Shown: positions 19,954 through 30,473 of the stretch, one piece after another
How positions within the stretch are numbered: position 1 is the stretch's first letter
Layout of the letters: every line of letters begins with the position of its first letter
NCBI GenBank assembly: GCA_963703285.1
Contig: OY969807.1
Location: forward strand, 1,216,001-1,280,000
Direction: 5' to 3'
DNA from: an uncultured Nitrososphaerota archaeon
Lineage (GTDB): Archaea; Thermoproteota; Nitrososphaeria; Nitrososphaerales; Gagatemarchaeaceae
Length of the DNA: 64,000 nucleotides
The notes under the pieces: model-generated
The model's input: only the letters and a program-made list of their open reading frames with translations
Databases searched by the model: none
What the model was told of the DNA's origin: nothing
Translations under genes and position numbers: made by a program

Positions 19954-20340
19954 TTAGCGAGGTTCAGCAGTTTTGTTCGATGGTAAATGGTTGACAAGGT
20001 CGCGCGTCGGGTCCGCAGCGAGGACGGATCTCTTGCGCGCCACCCTCTTCGCGGCCATAGAATTCAGTCGGTTGAGTTCCTCAAGACGAGTTGCACTAGA
20101 CGAAGATTCCTTTAGAAGCGCCATCAGCCTCGTTATCAGTTCCGGGTCCCCCGCCTTGATGATGTCGACTACAGCTTTTCGTTCAGGACCTCTTAGCGGG
20201 CGAATGAACTGGTCATAGTTCACGGCAAGAAGTTCAGCGATCTTGGCATCTCGCTCCAGGCCTTTCGCCCTAAGTTCCCCTGCATAGACATTCATTTCCT
20301 TTACAGGGTCGCTGACTGTCTCGGACTGATCAGTCTTCAT
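19954..20340 (-). CDS. Hypothetical protein
   Basis: 128-aa ATG ORF with upstream TTAATAT box. Confidence 0.55.
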   Translation of the reverse strand: MKTDQSETVSDPVKEMNVYAGELRAKGLERDAKIAELLAVNYDQFIRPLRGPERKAVVDIIKAGDPELITRLMALLKESSSSATRLEELNRLNSMAAKRVARKRSVLAADPTRDLVNHLPSNKTAEPR

Positions 20341-20406
20341 CCATCAATCTGAGTCATCAACAGCATATTAAGGAATAGGCGGTCCCATTATTCTTGCGAC
20401 TGCTAA

Positions 20407-20835
20407 TTGGAGGCGCCCCTGTCTTCGAAGAATGTTTGCGAGGGCCATCACTGTGTGAGTTGCTGCTATGCAACAGAGATGCTTCTATTGGAGGATGATG
20501 TGCAACGAATAGTCAGTCTCGGTTTCAAGGAAGGCTCTTTTGCAGTTGAATCCGACGGCTTCAAGATGCTCAGGAACAGCAGCGCCGGGAGATGCGTCTT
20601 CCACGATGGAAAGCAGTGCACAATCTACTCAAATCGACCCGCGGGATGCAGGCTGTATCCCATCATCTTCGACGAAGACCTCAACCATCCTGCAAAGGAC
20701 GCGTTCTGTCCATACAGGGATGAGTTTGACCTCTCCTTGAAAGCCAAACGAGAGTTATCAGACGTCTATCTCAGGCTGATTGACGGCCCCAAATTTCCTT
20801 CCAAAGCACCCGGAAACTTGCCAAAGGTTGGCTGA
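20407..20835 (+). CDS. YkgJ-family cysteine-cluster protein
   Basis: C...CVSCC, RCVF...CTIY..RP.GCRLYP. Confidence 0.88.
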   Translation: MEAPLSSKNVCEGHHCVSCCYATEMLLLEDDVQRIVSLGFKEGSFAVESDGFKMLRNSSAGRCVFHDGKQCTIYSNRPAGCRLYPIIFDEDLNHPAKDAFCPYRDEFDLSLKAKRELSDVYLRLIDGPKFPSKAPGNLPKVG

Positions 20836-20973
20836 CCGGCTAAACTGCCCGAGAATACAGGCCGAATTGTGGGAGAAGGCATAGACTCATAGGCTTTCCT
20901 GCACGGCGTTTGAAGCCAAAAAGACAGTGGACAATAAAGTCCTATATCGAACGAACGAGAAAATCCTTGTCCC

Positions 20974-21369
20974 ATGACCTACCCGCTGGATAAGCTGTGC
21001 ATTCAGGTCTTCAAGTTTGACCGGCGGGTCAGGTTCGCAGGAGTTCTCGACGAGACGGGTAGATTGATCGCCGGGGGGATGAGAAAGGGCATTATCTCTC
21101 TGGAGCCTGCCAGGGAGAATCTCAGGTTGATGGCAGACCTGACGATGCAGATTGCGACTGACAAGACCTGGGATCGGTACTTTGGGGGGATGTGGTACAC
21201 ATTCGTGAAGCGAGAGAAGGTCAACGTGCTCACCTTCTATCTCGGCGGGAAGAGCGTGATGATGATCTCGACGGAGTCAGACTTCGACCTTGACAATGCG
21301 GACCTCCTCAGGGAGACCGTGATGACGATGTACAGCAACGGGATTGTCCCTGAAAAAGTAAAGAGATAG
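20974..21369 (+). CDS. Roadblock/profilin-like DUF6659-type protein
   Basis: VRFAGVLD..GRLIAGGMRKGI..LEP, FVKREKV. Confidence 0.75.
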   Translation: MTYPLDKLCIQVFKFDRRVRFAGVLDETGRLIAGGMRKGIISLEPARENLRLMADLTMQIATDKTWDRYFGGMWYTFVKREKVNVLTFYLGGKSVMMISTESDFDLDNADLLRETVMTMYSNGIVPEKVKR

Positions 21370-21505
21370 TGTCAGGCTAGCTCAAGCCCAACTCCAGGTA
21401 CTCGGCCTGTGGGATGAAGTCGGATCCCAAAAACCTTCTCTCCTCTTCTTTCGTTTGACGTACCTTTTCGAAGGTATAAATATCGCAGCGTGATCAAACA
21501 AACAG

Positions 21506-21667
21506 ATGGCGAAGAAGAAAGTAAAGAAATCTTCGAGAAAGGCCAAGAAGACAACCGCAAAGCGGATGGTTATCAAGAAGAAGGAAGTCACACCACCAGC
21601 CGCTGCTCCTGCCAGTCCACGACTTGCTACTAAATCATACTCTGATGTCCTCTCACCCTACCGCTAA
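21506..21667 (+). CDS. 53-aa lysine-rich small protein (absent from ORF track)
   Basis: MAKKKVKKSSRKAKKTTAKRMVIKKKEVTPPAAAPASPRLATKSYSDVLSPYR; TATAAATA box ~25 nt upstream. Confidence 0.6.
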   Translation: MAKKKVKKSSRKAKKTTAKRMVIKKKEVTPPAAAPASPRLATKSYSDVLSPYR

Positions 21668-21777
21668 GTGAGCCTCATATTACCTCTAACGCCCTCTCAA
21701 TCACCCTCATAGTCAGACCACAAGAGGTAAGACCGGGGCAGCAATCATTCCCTTTCCTGCCAGGCAGAAGAGAAAGA

Positions 21778-21802
21778 GCGGGCTGGGTGGGACTTGAACC
21801 CA
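21778..21802 (-). other. tRNA 3'-end fragment (att-like site)
   Basis: Minus strand TGGGTTCAAGTCCCACCCAGCCCGC = T arm plus acceptor 3' strand; no 5' half nearby. Confidence 0.6.
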
Positions 21803-22081
21803 AAATCGGTGGCCAGAATCCAGTCGCGAGAATTAAACCCAAGGGGGCGCTCAACTACAAAATCTCATATCCGGCCAAGGATTTTTCCATTATAATCGTA
21901 AGGGGATTTTGCCCCTCCTAGACAGAACAGACAAGAATTGAAGGCACGAAAATTATCTCCGGTAACGTACGCGTGAAGCCAGGTACGCTTTCCCCGAATG
22001 CTCGCCCAGCCTGTGAGCCCAATAGACCGATAAATGAAGAGCGTAAACAAGCCTACTCGTGAACTCGCGAGCCTCTAATCA

Positions 22082-22354
22082 TCACTGCTCTTGTTCCTCT
22101 TTCTTCACCATTCTCGAAATGGTATCTTCAACCACATCCACAGGCGTAATTCCTCTCTTAGCAGCATAGGCGTCAAGCTGTTTCGCTATGTCCTCAGGTA
22201 TCTCGTAGATTCTAACCCTCTTGAACTCGAGAGCCCTAAGCAAGTCAAGCCAGTCAGGCTCAGGTATCCTGATGCTATTGAAGCCCTTTGTCTTGACTTC
22301 GTATGATTCCCAGTAATATTTACCTGAAGTCTGCTCCGCATAAGTTAGCGTCAT
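22082..22354 (-). CDS. Hypothetical protein with C-terminal ribbon-helix-helix-like segment
   Basis: IYEIPEDIAKQLDAYAAKRGITPVDVVEDTI. Confidence 0.55.
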   Translation of the reverse strand: MTLTYAEQTSGKYYWESYEVKTKGFNSIRIPEPDWLDLLRALEFKRVRIYEIPEDIAKQLDAYAAKRGITPVDVVEDTISRMVKKEEQEQ

Positions 22355-22361
22355 GGCTGAT

Positions 22362-22688
22362 CTAAACCACGTGACGACTATCAGTTTGTCTCGACCTTAG
22401 CTCTTCCAGTCGATTGAGAGTGGCTGAGGAGATCTGCAGATAAATTAAGCCATGAGCTGTTGCATTAGAATAGAGCATTATTGGTGTTTGAAGGTGCGAA
22501 ATTCCTACGATGAAGGGAGGAAGAGGTGCTGCTGTTTCCAGTATTCCGAATGAACTGGTCACCAGCTGTGGTTGAGCCTGCGGCGATGATAGTAAAGACT
22601 GGGGATAATGGATCTCGATGTTGAATCGTATCATCGGGGAAGGATGGGGGCTCGCTGCACTTGCTTGGATGAACTCCGCTTCGCCCAT
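22362..22688 (-). CDS. Hypothetical protein
   Basis: 108-aa ATG ORF downstream of TTTAAA box; no recognised motif. Confidence 0.35.
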   Translation of the reverse strand: MGEAEFIQASAASPHPSPMIRFNIEIHYPQSLLSSPQAQPQLVTSSFGILETAAPLPPFIVGISHLQTPIMLYSNATAHGLIYLQISSATLNRLEELRSRQTDSRHVV

Positions 22689-22800
22689 GATCTAGAAGAA
22701 AAGTCGATAGCATCCTTTAAACTTGCCTAATGCAGGCTCTCCCAAACCTTCGTCAGATAACTGAACCTGCCAAAATGCGGCGGATAAGCGGTTCATACCA

Positions 22801-22911
22801 TGCACGGCCGCGCTGGAGCACTACCTGAACATAACGTTCACGGAAGAAGACAGGGTGCGGATGAAGCCGTGGGTCGAAGGCTGGGTTCAGAGGGCTAACC
22901 GACAAAGGTAA
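22801..22911 (+). pseudogene. C-terminal remnant of an archaeal tyrosine integrase
   Basis: ALEHYLNITFTEEDRVRMKPWVEGW resembles the catalytic-Tyr C-terminus of archaeal integrases (from recall). Confidence 0.5.
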
Positions 22912-23074
22912 ACAGTCAGATGAACTTGACAGGCTCCGACCCCGAGTTCAAGATACTGCAGCGAAGCAGGAGCGGAGCCGCAGATAATCTACCCGCCCAC
23001 CGAGAAGCCGAAGTCATCACGCCGCTATTACGAGCTCGACCTTGACGCTGGGCTGAAAGGAATGCTTAGGCGCT

Positions 23075-23386
23075 CTAACTGGTCAGGGTCATCTCTATCT
23101 TAACCTCCTCGGGGATCCTGAGCTTCGTTATCTGTCGCATCGTTCTTTCGTTCGGTTCGATGTCAAGGATCCTTCTGTGAATCCTGAGCTGCCAGTGGTC
23201 GAACGTGTGCGTACCCTCCCCCGTAGGGGCTTTCCTCGTAGTAATCTTCAGCCTCTTCGTTGGCAGAGGTTGCGGGCCCTTGCATTTGACCCCCGTCTTC
23301 TCAGCGATTTCTTTGATCTCCCAGGCAAGGGCATCCAGCTGCTCAAGGTTGGAGCTGGTTAGCTTGATTCGGGCGTACTGTGGCAC
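23075..23386 (-). CDS. rps10: 30S ribosomal protein uS10
   Basis: ARIKLTS, GPQPLPTKRLKITTRKAPTGEGTHTFDHWQLRIHRR; GTG start at 23386. Confidence 0.95.
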   Translation of the reverse strand: MPQYARIKLTSSNLEQLDALAWEIKEIAEKTGVKCKGPQPLPTKRLKITTRKAPTGEGTHTFDHWQLRIHRRILDIEPNERTMRQITKLRIPEEVKIEMTLTS

Positions 23387-23596
23387 TATTCCTCGAGGGC
23401 CGCTTCTTGACTGACTACTTACACGTATGCCACTCATTGCCCGACCGTGTCCGATGGATTGCCTTCGCTCAATGAGGTTCATTTGAGACGCGTCGCACAT
23501 ACCGACATGAGACCTTGCATGACACGACGAGCTATCGGAATCTTTCCCAGTCCATTTATATACTATATATACTGCTCAAATCCTCACGCGCAGGCA

Positions 23597-24154
23597 ATGC
23601 CTCAAACGAGGGCGATAGTAAGCATCGAGAACGTTGTCGCTTCCGCCTCGATAAATCAGAGGGTCGACCTGAACCTGATAACCAAGAACTTTATCGACGT
23701 GGAGTACCACCCTGACCAGTTCCCTGGACTGGTCTTCAGACTGAAGACCCCAAAGACAGCTACCCTGATCTTCAGCTCGGGGAAGATGGTCTGTACGGGA
23801 GCAAAATCGGAGGACCAGTCGAGAAAGGCCGTTCAAGAGGTTGTCAGGAGGTTGAAGAAGGGGGGTATCCCCATCAAGAATGAGGCAGAGATAGTGATAC
23901 AGAACATGGTGGCATCGGCGAACCTCGGGGGGAAGGTTCACCTGGAGGAGGCGGCCAGACAGCTGCCAAAGTCGATGTACGAGCCCGAGCAGTTCCCAGG
24001 TTTGATCCACAGGATGCCGGACCCCAAGACCGTGATACTCCTGTTCGCCTCAGGGAAGCTCGTCTGCACCGGAGCGAAGAGGGAAGCCGACGTCTACAGG
24101 GCCGTGAACAACCTGCACGTGATGCTCGAGGAAAAGAAGCTCATGATCTACTGA
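23597..24154 (+). CDS. tbp: TATA-box binding protein
   Basis: IENVVAS, YHPDQFPGLVFR, YEPEQFPGL, FASGKLVCTGAK. Confidence 0.97.
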   Translation: MPQTRAIVSIENVVASASINQRVDLNLITKNFIDVEYHPDQFPGLVFRLKTPKTATLIFSSGKMVCTGAKSEDQSRKAVQEVVRRLKKGGIPIKNEAEIVIQNMVASANLGGKVHLEEAARQLPKSMYEPEQFPGLIHRMPDPKTVILLFASGKLVCTGAKREADVYRAVNNLHVMLEEKKLMIY

Positions 24155-24555
24155 CAATTCCGCTCCCTTCCATTGGGATGGAAGAAGCTAGGGCGATCCG
24201 GCAGACCGCTTCAGCGCTAAAAGCGTTAGTTCGGTTACGTCTCGCGCTGGTGGTACTTTTGATTCAACAAAGGAAATTACTTCAGCAATCGCTGGATGAA
24301 GATGGGTAATCAATATGCGGGCAAAGAACCCGAATGCCGACTAGTCCGACGTGGGCGTTGAGTCTTAGGTACTTCCTCTGGGAAAGATTGTTCTCGAACC
24401 AGGTGCCGTGCCTAGTTTGACGAACAAGTACACTCACTCGTGTAATTATTACAACCAGTACAAACCAAAACAATGCTTCCTTTGGTTTTCATCTCCGCCA
24501 CTTTTTTTCCACATTTGCTGCATCGAACCATCTCTACCACACATCTCCTACGGCC

Positions 24556-26724
24556 TTACCTGTAGTAAGGCATCGCGACTTTCTCCATCGGGTTGCTCTC
24601 CCTGGAGGACCTCACTTTCTTCGCTGCCTCCCGGAAGTGCTCGTAGGTCACGATCGGTTCATCGAGGTGCTTCTTCGCGTCCTCGGGCCTCGGATACTTA
24701 GCGATGTATGCTTGAAGAACTATGGAGAGTGCCGTGTTCACCAGAGCCGCCAGGTCTGCTCCGTTGAGTCCCTCGGTCATCTCAACTAGACGTTCAACCT
24801 CCACCTCCTTTGAGATCGGCTTCCCTTTCAGCTGTATCTGCAATATGTCCCTCCGCGCTTCCTTGTCGGGCAGCGGGACGTTGACGATCTTGTCGAATCT
24901 GCCCGGTCTGAGTAGGGCCGGGTCGACCATGTCAATCCTGTTCGTGGCTGCGAGCACCACAACACCCAGCAGCGCCTGGATGCCGTCCATCTCCGTGAGC
25001 AGCTGACTGACTACCCTCTCGGTCACATCGCTGCCTCCCCCCATTCCCCTCACCGGAGCAAGAGCGTCTATCTCATCGAAGAAGATTATGCAGGGAGACG
25101 CCTGTCTTGCTCGTTTGAAGACCTCTCGCACCCCCCTTTCCGATTCACCCACCCACTTGCTGAGCAGCTCTGGTCCCCTGACGCTGATGAAGTTCGCCTC
25201 GCTCTCGGTCGCTACCGCCTTGGCGAGCAGCGTCTTTCCAGTCCCGGATGGGCCGAAGAGGAGCACCCCCTTCGGCATGTTGTAGCCTATCGCCTTGTAC
25301 AGGTCAGAGAATTTGAGCGGCCACTCCACAGCCTCTTGGAGTTCCCTCTTGACGTCCTCCAGCCCTCCGATCTCAGACCACTTCACGTCCGGCGTTTCGA
25401 GATACACCTCTCTCATTGCCGACGGTATGATGTCCTTCAGCGCCTTCTCGAAATCGTCCCCCGTAACAATCAGCTTGTCGAGCGTCTCCGGGCTCAGCCT
25501 CTCTTCCCCGAGGTTCAGCTCTGGCAGCATTCTTCTGACAGTCTTCATGGCAGCCTCTTTGCAGAGATACTCGAGGTCGGCCCCGACGAATCCGTGCGAC
25601 ACCGAGGCGAGCCTCTCCAGGTCGACGTCCTGCAGCAGCGGCATGTGACGCGTGTGGATCTGCAGAATCTCGTATCTTCCCCTCTTGTCCGGGACCTTGA
25701 TCTCGATCTCTCTGTCAAACCTCCCCGGCCTTCGGAGGGCCGGGTCAAGTGCGTTGGGCCGGTTGGTGGCCGCTATCACTATGACCTTTCCCCTAGCTTC
25801 GAGGCCGTCCATCAACGAGAGCAACTGGCTGACGACTCTCCTTTCGACTTCTCCGGTCACCTCCTCGCGCTTTGGAGCTATCGAGTCAATCTCGTCGATG
25901 AAGATTATGGTGGGTGCCTTCTCCTTTGCTTCCTTGAATATCTCCCTGAGTTTCGCTTCTGATTCACCGTAGAACTTGCTCATAATCTCCGGGCCGCCTA
26001 TCGGAATGAAGTGAGCGTTGCTCTCGGAGGATACAGCCTTCGCCAGGAGCGTCTTGCCGGTTCCCGGAGGGCCGTAGAGGAGAACTCCCTTCGGTGCTTC
26101 AATGCCCAACTTCTCGAAAATCTCCGGATGTCTCAGCGGGAGCTCAATCGTCTCCCTTACCTTCCGTATCTCGTCCGTTATGCCGCCAATATCTTCGTAA
26201 GTTACCTGTGGTACTCCCCTCAGAGCTTCGCGCTTCTCAGAGATGACGAAGACCGTTCTATGGGTTATCAGCGCCGCTTCTGCGACCGGACTTACCCCAG
26301 TAACTTGGAAAGTGAGCCTCCCGCCGAAGTAGGGTACAATGACGTTGTCCCCCTTCGTTACCGGGACGCTATCGAGGGCATCCGCCAAGTATCGCTCGTC
26401 GATAGGCGGTACAGCTTCGAGCGGAGCGACCACGACCTTCTCGGCAGGTGGGGCGCTCACCTTCTTTACTACAACCGCGTCACCGATAGCGACGTCAGCA
26501 TTGTTCCTGATGACACCGTCGATCCTTAGTACTCCTCTGCCCTCGTCTGACGGGTAGAGGGGGAGGCACTTCGCGACCGTCCGTCTCTTTCCCTTGACCT
26601 CGATTACGTCTCCCGTGGGCGCGCCCAATGATTTCATCGCGTCATAGTCCAGTCGGGCCACACCTCGACCCACATCGCGGGTGTATGCCTCGAGAACCTT
26701 TAGCTGGACTGGCTGCTGGCTCAC
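24556..26724 (-). CDS. cdc48: CDC48/VAT AAA+ ATPase
   Basis: N domain plus two AAA modules ([23 protein letters not shown]). Confidence 0.97.
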   Translation of the reverse strand: MSQQPVQLKVLEAYTRDVGRGVARLDYDAMKSLGAPTGDVIEVKGKRRTVAKCLPLYPSDEGRGVLRIDGVIRNNADVAIGDAVVVKKVSAPPAEKVVVAPLEAVPPIDERYLADALDSVPVTKGDNVIVPYFGGRLTFQVTGVSPVAEAALITHRTVFVISEKREALRGVPQVTYEDIGGITDEIRKVRETIELPLRHPEIFEKLGIEAPKGVLLYGPPGTGKTLLAKAVSSESNAHFIPIGGPEIMSKFYGESEAKLREIFKEAKEKAPTIIFIDEIDSIAPKREEVTGEVERRVVSQLLSLMDGLEARGKVIVIAATNRPNALDPALRRPGRFDREIEIKVPDKRGRYEILQIHTRHMPLLQDVDLERLASVSHGFVGADLEYLCKEAAMKTVRRMLPELNLGEERLSPETLDKLIVTGDDFEKALKDIIPSAMREVYLETPDVKWSEIGGLEDVKRELQEAVEWPLKFSDLYKAIGYNMPKGVLLFGPSGTGKTLLAKAVATESEANFISVRGPELLSKWVGESERGVREVFKRARQASPCIIFFDEIDALAPVRGMGGGSDVTERVVSQLLTEMDGIQALLGVVVLAATNRIDMVDPALLRPGRFDKIVNVPLPDKEARRDILQIQLKGKPISKEVEVERLVEMTEGLNGADLAALVNTALSIVLQAYIAKYPRPEDAKKHLDEPIVTYEHFREAAKKVRSSRESNPMEKVAMPYYR

Positions 26725-26834
26725 GTCTTTATCACGGTTAGACGATTCTCACGTTCATCCACCTCCTAATAGGCATCTCCGTCAGCTATCTGTCGCTATC
26801 ATAAACTTACAAATGCTGAGGGAGATAGCATCTT

Positions 26835-27254
26835 TCATGAGTGCTGACTTGAAGAGCTCTCTAACTTAGTACTGACCCTCGGGTCATGCTTGAACGTCTT
26901 CAGATATTCGACTAGGTCAACGAAATCTGGGTTGTTATCTGCTTTGCGAAGTCGTACGCGGATGTCTTCCTTTCCCAAGTTCACAACAATCTCAGGTTGA
27001 TATGGGATCTTGGTAAAGAAAACAGCAGAGTAGTGTATCCTTCCCTTGACCTCTTCTCGAACAATGTCTTCCGTGTCTGGGAAGGCTAAGATTGCAAAGG
27101 CGATTCCGTCAATCCAATTGACGGTGGGGATAACTGGAATTTCTTTCGTAAGTATCTGCTTCACGACGTCTTCAAAAAAGATTATTTTATTGTCGGACTC
27201 CAAAACATGGTGAACGATGATTTCCTCGGTAGGCATGTATGTAATCTTGGCCAA
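26835..27254 (-). CDS. Conserved hypothetical protein
   Basis: 139-aa TTG ORF, VNWIDGIAF motif, upstream TATA-like box. Confidence 0.6.
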   Translation of the reverse strand: MAKITYMPTEEIIVHHVLESDNKIIFFEDVVKQILTKEIPVIPTVNWIDGIAFAILAFPDTEDIVREEVKGRIHYSAVFFTKIPYQPEIVVNLGKEDIRVRLRKADNNPDFVDLVEYLKTFKHDPRVSTKLESSSSQHS

Positions 27255-27453
27255 ATCTAACGTCTTCTCCTAATGGAACAGATTCTAGACCCTCCGAATT
27301 AAGGTTACTTGCTTATTCGGGAGATAAAGCCTGCATTGGATGGGTGTATAATGAAACGCTCATGTGACTGATTAGTAGGATTTCACATCTTTGTCTGGCA
27401 ATCTTATCGTGGGCGCTTACTGACTGCGGTTCACCGTCTATTGTCCTGCTGAT

Positions 27454-28403
27454 ATGAACATCGGCTCATTCATGCCTCGTGAGGAGGAGTGCATCTCAAC
27501 GCTAAGGGAGATGAGATGGCCCGATGGTGTCACCTGCCCTAGGTGCGGATCTGATGGGGTGGTGAAGGACGGCGTGAGAGGGCGCTACCAGATGTACTGG
27601 TGCAAGGCGTGCAACTTTGGGTTCAACGACAGGAGCGGGACGATATTCCAGGACACCAAGGTCCCCCTCCGCAAGTGGTTCATGATGGCTTTCATGATGC
27701 AGTTCAAGGTCTCTGTCCTCGAGATCTCGAAGACGATCAGGGTCTCGTACAGGCACGCCTACTACATGGCCAAGAAGATCAGGGGCAGCGTCTACGCAGG
27801 ACAGATGGCAAAGAAGCTCAAGGGCACCGTCGAGATCGACGAGCTCTACGTCACGGCTGGCCTCAAAGGGAAAAAAGGAAGGACAGGCATCACGGGAGAA
27901 GGACCGCGCTGAAGGCGAGAGGGAGGGGGACCTACCAGAAAGACAAGCCCCCTCTCATCGGCATGGTATCGAGGGAGACCGGCGACGTCGTCATCGTGCC
28001 TTCGACGAACGTCACAGGCGAAGACCTCCTCCGGAGGATAGTGAAGAACGTCGATACAGGCGCAGTGGTCTACCATGACGACTACCGTCCCTATGGGATT
28101 CTGGACGGGGTGTACAGGCACGAGTCTGTCAACCACAGCGCAGGCGAGTATGCAAGGGGAGTCGTTCACACAAACACGATAGAAGGTGAGTTCTCGGTAC
28201 TGAGGCCATGGCTCTCTGTGTTCAGGGGAGTGTCGAAGGAGAAGCTCTTCCTATACTGCTCTCAGTACCAGTTCCTCAGGAGGACTCGTGCGATGGACAG
28301 GGCGGCGAGGGCGGTCGCTCTCTTTGGGCTCGAACGTCGCAACGAGGCCGAACTCCTCGACGAACTTCCTCACGCGGTCGATCCTCTTGGCCGCCACCAG
28401 TAG
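27454..28403 (+). CDS. IS1595 transposase split by a -1 frameshift (~27870-27910)
   Basis: RWPDGVTCPRCG zinc ribbon, VEIDELY, then RGRGTY, YHDDY..Y, VNHSAGEYARG.VHTNTIEG in the -1 frame. Confidence 0.88.
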
Positions 28404-28571
28404 GGCGTCTTCGAAGAGAGCAACCCTTCTCTCCTCCTGAGCGAGGCACGAGGGGCACTCCATCAGGGCCAGACCGTACCCCTCGCAGGTTTCTTCATTC
28501 GTCGCGACCCGAAGATCAAGCACCTTCATCGAGACGTGGCAGTCTTCGCACATTGGGAGCGGGACGTCCAT
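28251..28571 (-). CDS. Small CxxC..CxxC passenger protein inside IS1595
   Basis: CEDC...CPSC; overlaps the transposase 3' end in antisense. Confidence 0.45.
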   Translation of the reverse strand: MDVPLPMCEDCHVSMKVLDLRVATNEETCEGYGLALMECPSCLAQEERRVALFEDALLVAAKRIDRVRKFVEEFGLVATFEPKESDRPRRPVHRTSPPEELVLRAV

Positions 28572-29183
28572 GAAACGTCGATGGCTACGATGCGCCTATC
28601 AACGAAAAAGACAACAATCGGTGACAATCTGGTAAATCGGATTCATCCTACTAATCAGTCACATGAGCGCGGTTTTATTGTGTTCTTTATCGCTCACACT
28701 ATTCATCCCTTCATGATAGTCTCCAGCCCAACTTGTGTACCGTAGGGCGTTGACCTGCTCTTTAGTTCTCCAACCCGTTAGCTGGTCGCCTGGTCACGTC
28801 TGTTTGAGCGGAGTCCCTATTCTCTCGGGTGACGCCGAATGAATGTGTGTTCCAAGCACTCATTTGTAATTCCAATGAATAATCAACGCTTATCCAAGAC
28901 AAACTGTTGGAAAGTTTCTGGTGATTTCATCAATTTTTCCTGAACACACGCTCATTCTACACCTTCATTCTCTCGAAGCGACAATCCGCGGAAGTGCGAC
29001 AGGAGACTTCGACACACTCAAGACTAAAGACTAGTTCCTGGGTCGAATTGGTGCGTTAGGCGAGGAACAATGGTAGTGCGCGAAATAACAACCCTCTTCT
29101 CAGACAACCAAGGCATCGTGCACCTCCGAAGTGGACTATCCGCACCACGCTACCGCTCGGCCAGATCCAGTTTCTGATATGAA

Positions 29184-30101
29184 TCACCAATCGTCCGCGC
29201 TGATGTTGAGCACGATGTTTCCCGTGAAGCTTGTCTGGGGGGCGTACATGCAGACCAACTCTTTGTAGTTGATTCCTGCGCTATACCCAAGGATCAGTAA
29301 CGGAAGCGAAGGCGAGATTTGCATGATGTTGAATGTCGCTGTGCCGCTGGTTATCGTGTTCACCATCTCGTTCGTTCCATCTACGGTGTCCGTGAAAGCC
29401 ACTACGACCGGTATGACTTGACCAGGGTAGAAGTAGCCAGTATCGTTCGGAATGTATGGGGACGCGTGCAGAACCTCGAACCCAAGGTCTGAGGAATACT
29501 GAATGTTGGTGATGATGCTCGGGTTGGGCTCGGAGACCGCGCCGACAGGTGCAGGAAGGTTCGTGATTGTCTCGTTCGCTGAATCAGGGATGCTGTACTG
29601 AAGACTTACGGGGTTCTGTGCGCTTGGAATTTGGAAGGCTATCTGGCCTACTGTCCCTTGCCTGGGGCTTAGCGTGGTCGACGCGAGGCTACGCTGGATC
29701 GCAGGAACTGACACTACGTGGAAGACGGCGTTCGAGGTTGTCGCCATCGTGAATAAGGATTCATTGACCGGGTAGGAACTATGGCCGCTGTCGGTAATGT
29801 TGACCCCATAGATGTAGACCGAGTCACCCGGTTGGGCGTTTAATGGGTCAGCCGTCGCTTGCGCAATCCATATTGACAGCGGGCCGGACGAAGTACTCGA
29901 AATCGCAATCTGAGACGAAGATTCTGAGGTGTTGGCGCAGCTGAGTGTCTGGGACGATGCCGGTGAGAGCCAGATGCTCGACGTCGTCCCGGAAGCTTGA
30001 GAACCATAGGTCGTAAGAGTCGCTGTGGAGCCGCCCCTCCCTTCAACAAGGAGACCGCCGGCACCGAACACTATCACGACGACCGCGATTGCTGCAGCCA
30101 A
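29184..30101 (-). CDS. Membrane-anchored S/T-rich surface protein (DUF4352-like domain)
   Basis: N-terminal TM; TLSPRQGTVGQIAFQIP motif; start uncertain. Confidence 0.65.
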   Translation of the reverse strand: MAAAIAVVVIVFGAGGLLVEGRGGSTATLTTYGSQASGTTSSIWLSPASSQTLSCANTSESSSQIAISSTSSGPLSIWIAQATADPLNAQPGDSVYIYGVNITDSGHSSYPVNESLFTMATTSNAVFHVVSVPAIQRSLASTTLSPRQGTVGQIAFQIPSAQNPVSLQYSIPDSANETITNLPAPVGAVSEPNPSIITNIQYSSDLGFEVLHASPYIPNDTGYFYPGQVIPVVVAFTDTVDGTNEMVNTITSGTATFNIMQISPSLPLLILGYSAGINYKELVCMYAPQTSFTGNIVLNISADDW

Positions 30102-30473
30102 CGACGTGCCGACGGCTCGCGTTCGCGTTTCTTCCAGCCTCAGCGCACTTCCCCGTCGCTTGAGGGAATCTCTCCGATTATTACGGATTTATCCGCACGG
30201 GCCTTGGTCTCCGACGACAATCATCGTGAGGGTGCTGCGGACGCTGTCGAGGCGCCTAATCTCCAAGCCATGGTCTCCTTGACCTTCTCCATCGATTCTG
30301 ACTCGGCCTTTTCCCCCGACATTGAGCCTGTCGGCTCCTTTTGGAAGAATTTACTCTTAGGCGTGAGCACGCGAGACTGAAACATAACGATCGGTCAACT
30401 TACCCAGCAGCAATGAGTCAGCGCACTGGTTATAATCGGCCGGTTCGCGAGTCGAAAGGACCAAGGAGAGATA

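Larger units (their letters stand above)
27357..28669 (+). mobile_element. IS1595-family (ISH4-like) insertion sequence
   Basis: Perfect 25-bp TIR CGCTCATGTGACTGATTAGTAGGAT at 27357-27381 and 28645-28669; no clear TSD. Confidence 0.9.

Noticed and set aside
27340-28690. Target-site duplication for IS1595
   Set aside because: The flanks (TATAATGAAA and CGGTTTTATT) are not direct repeats.
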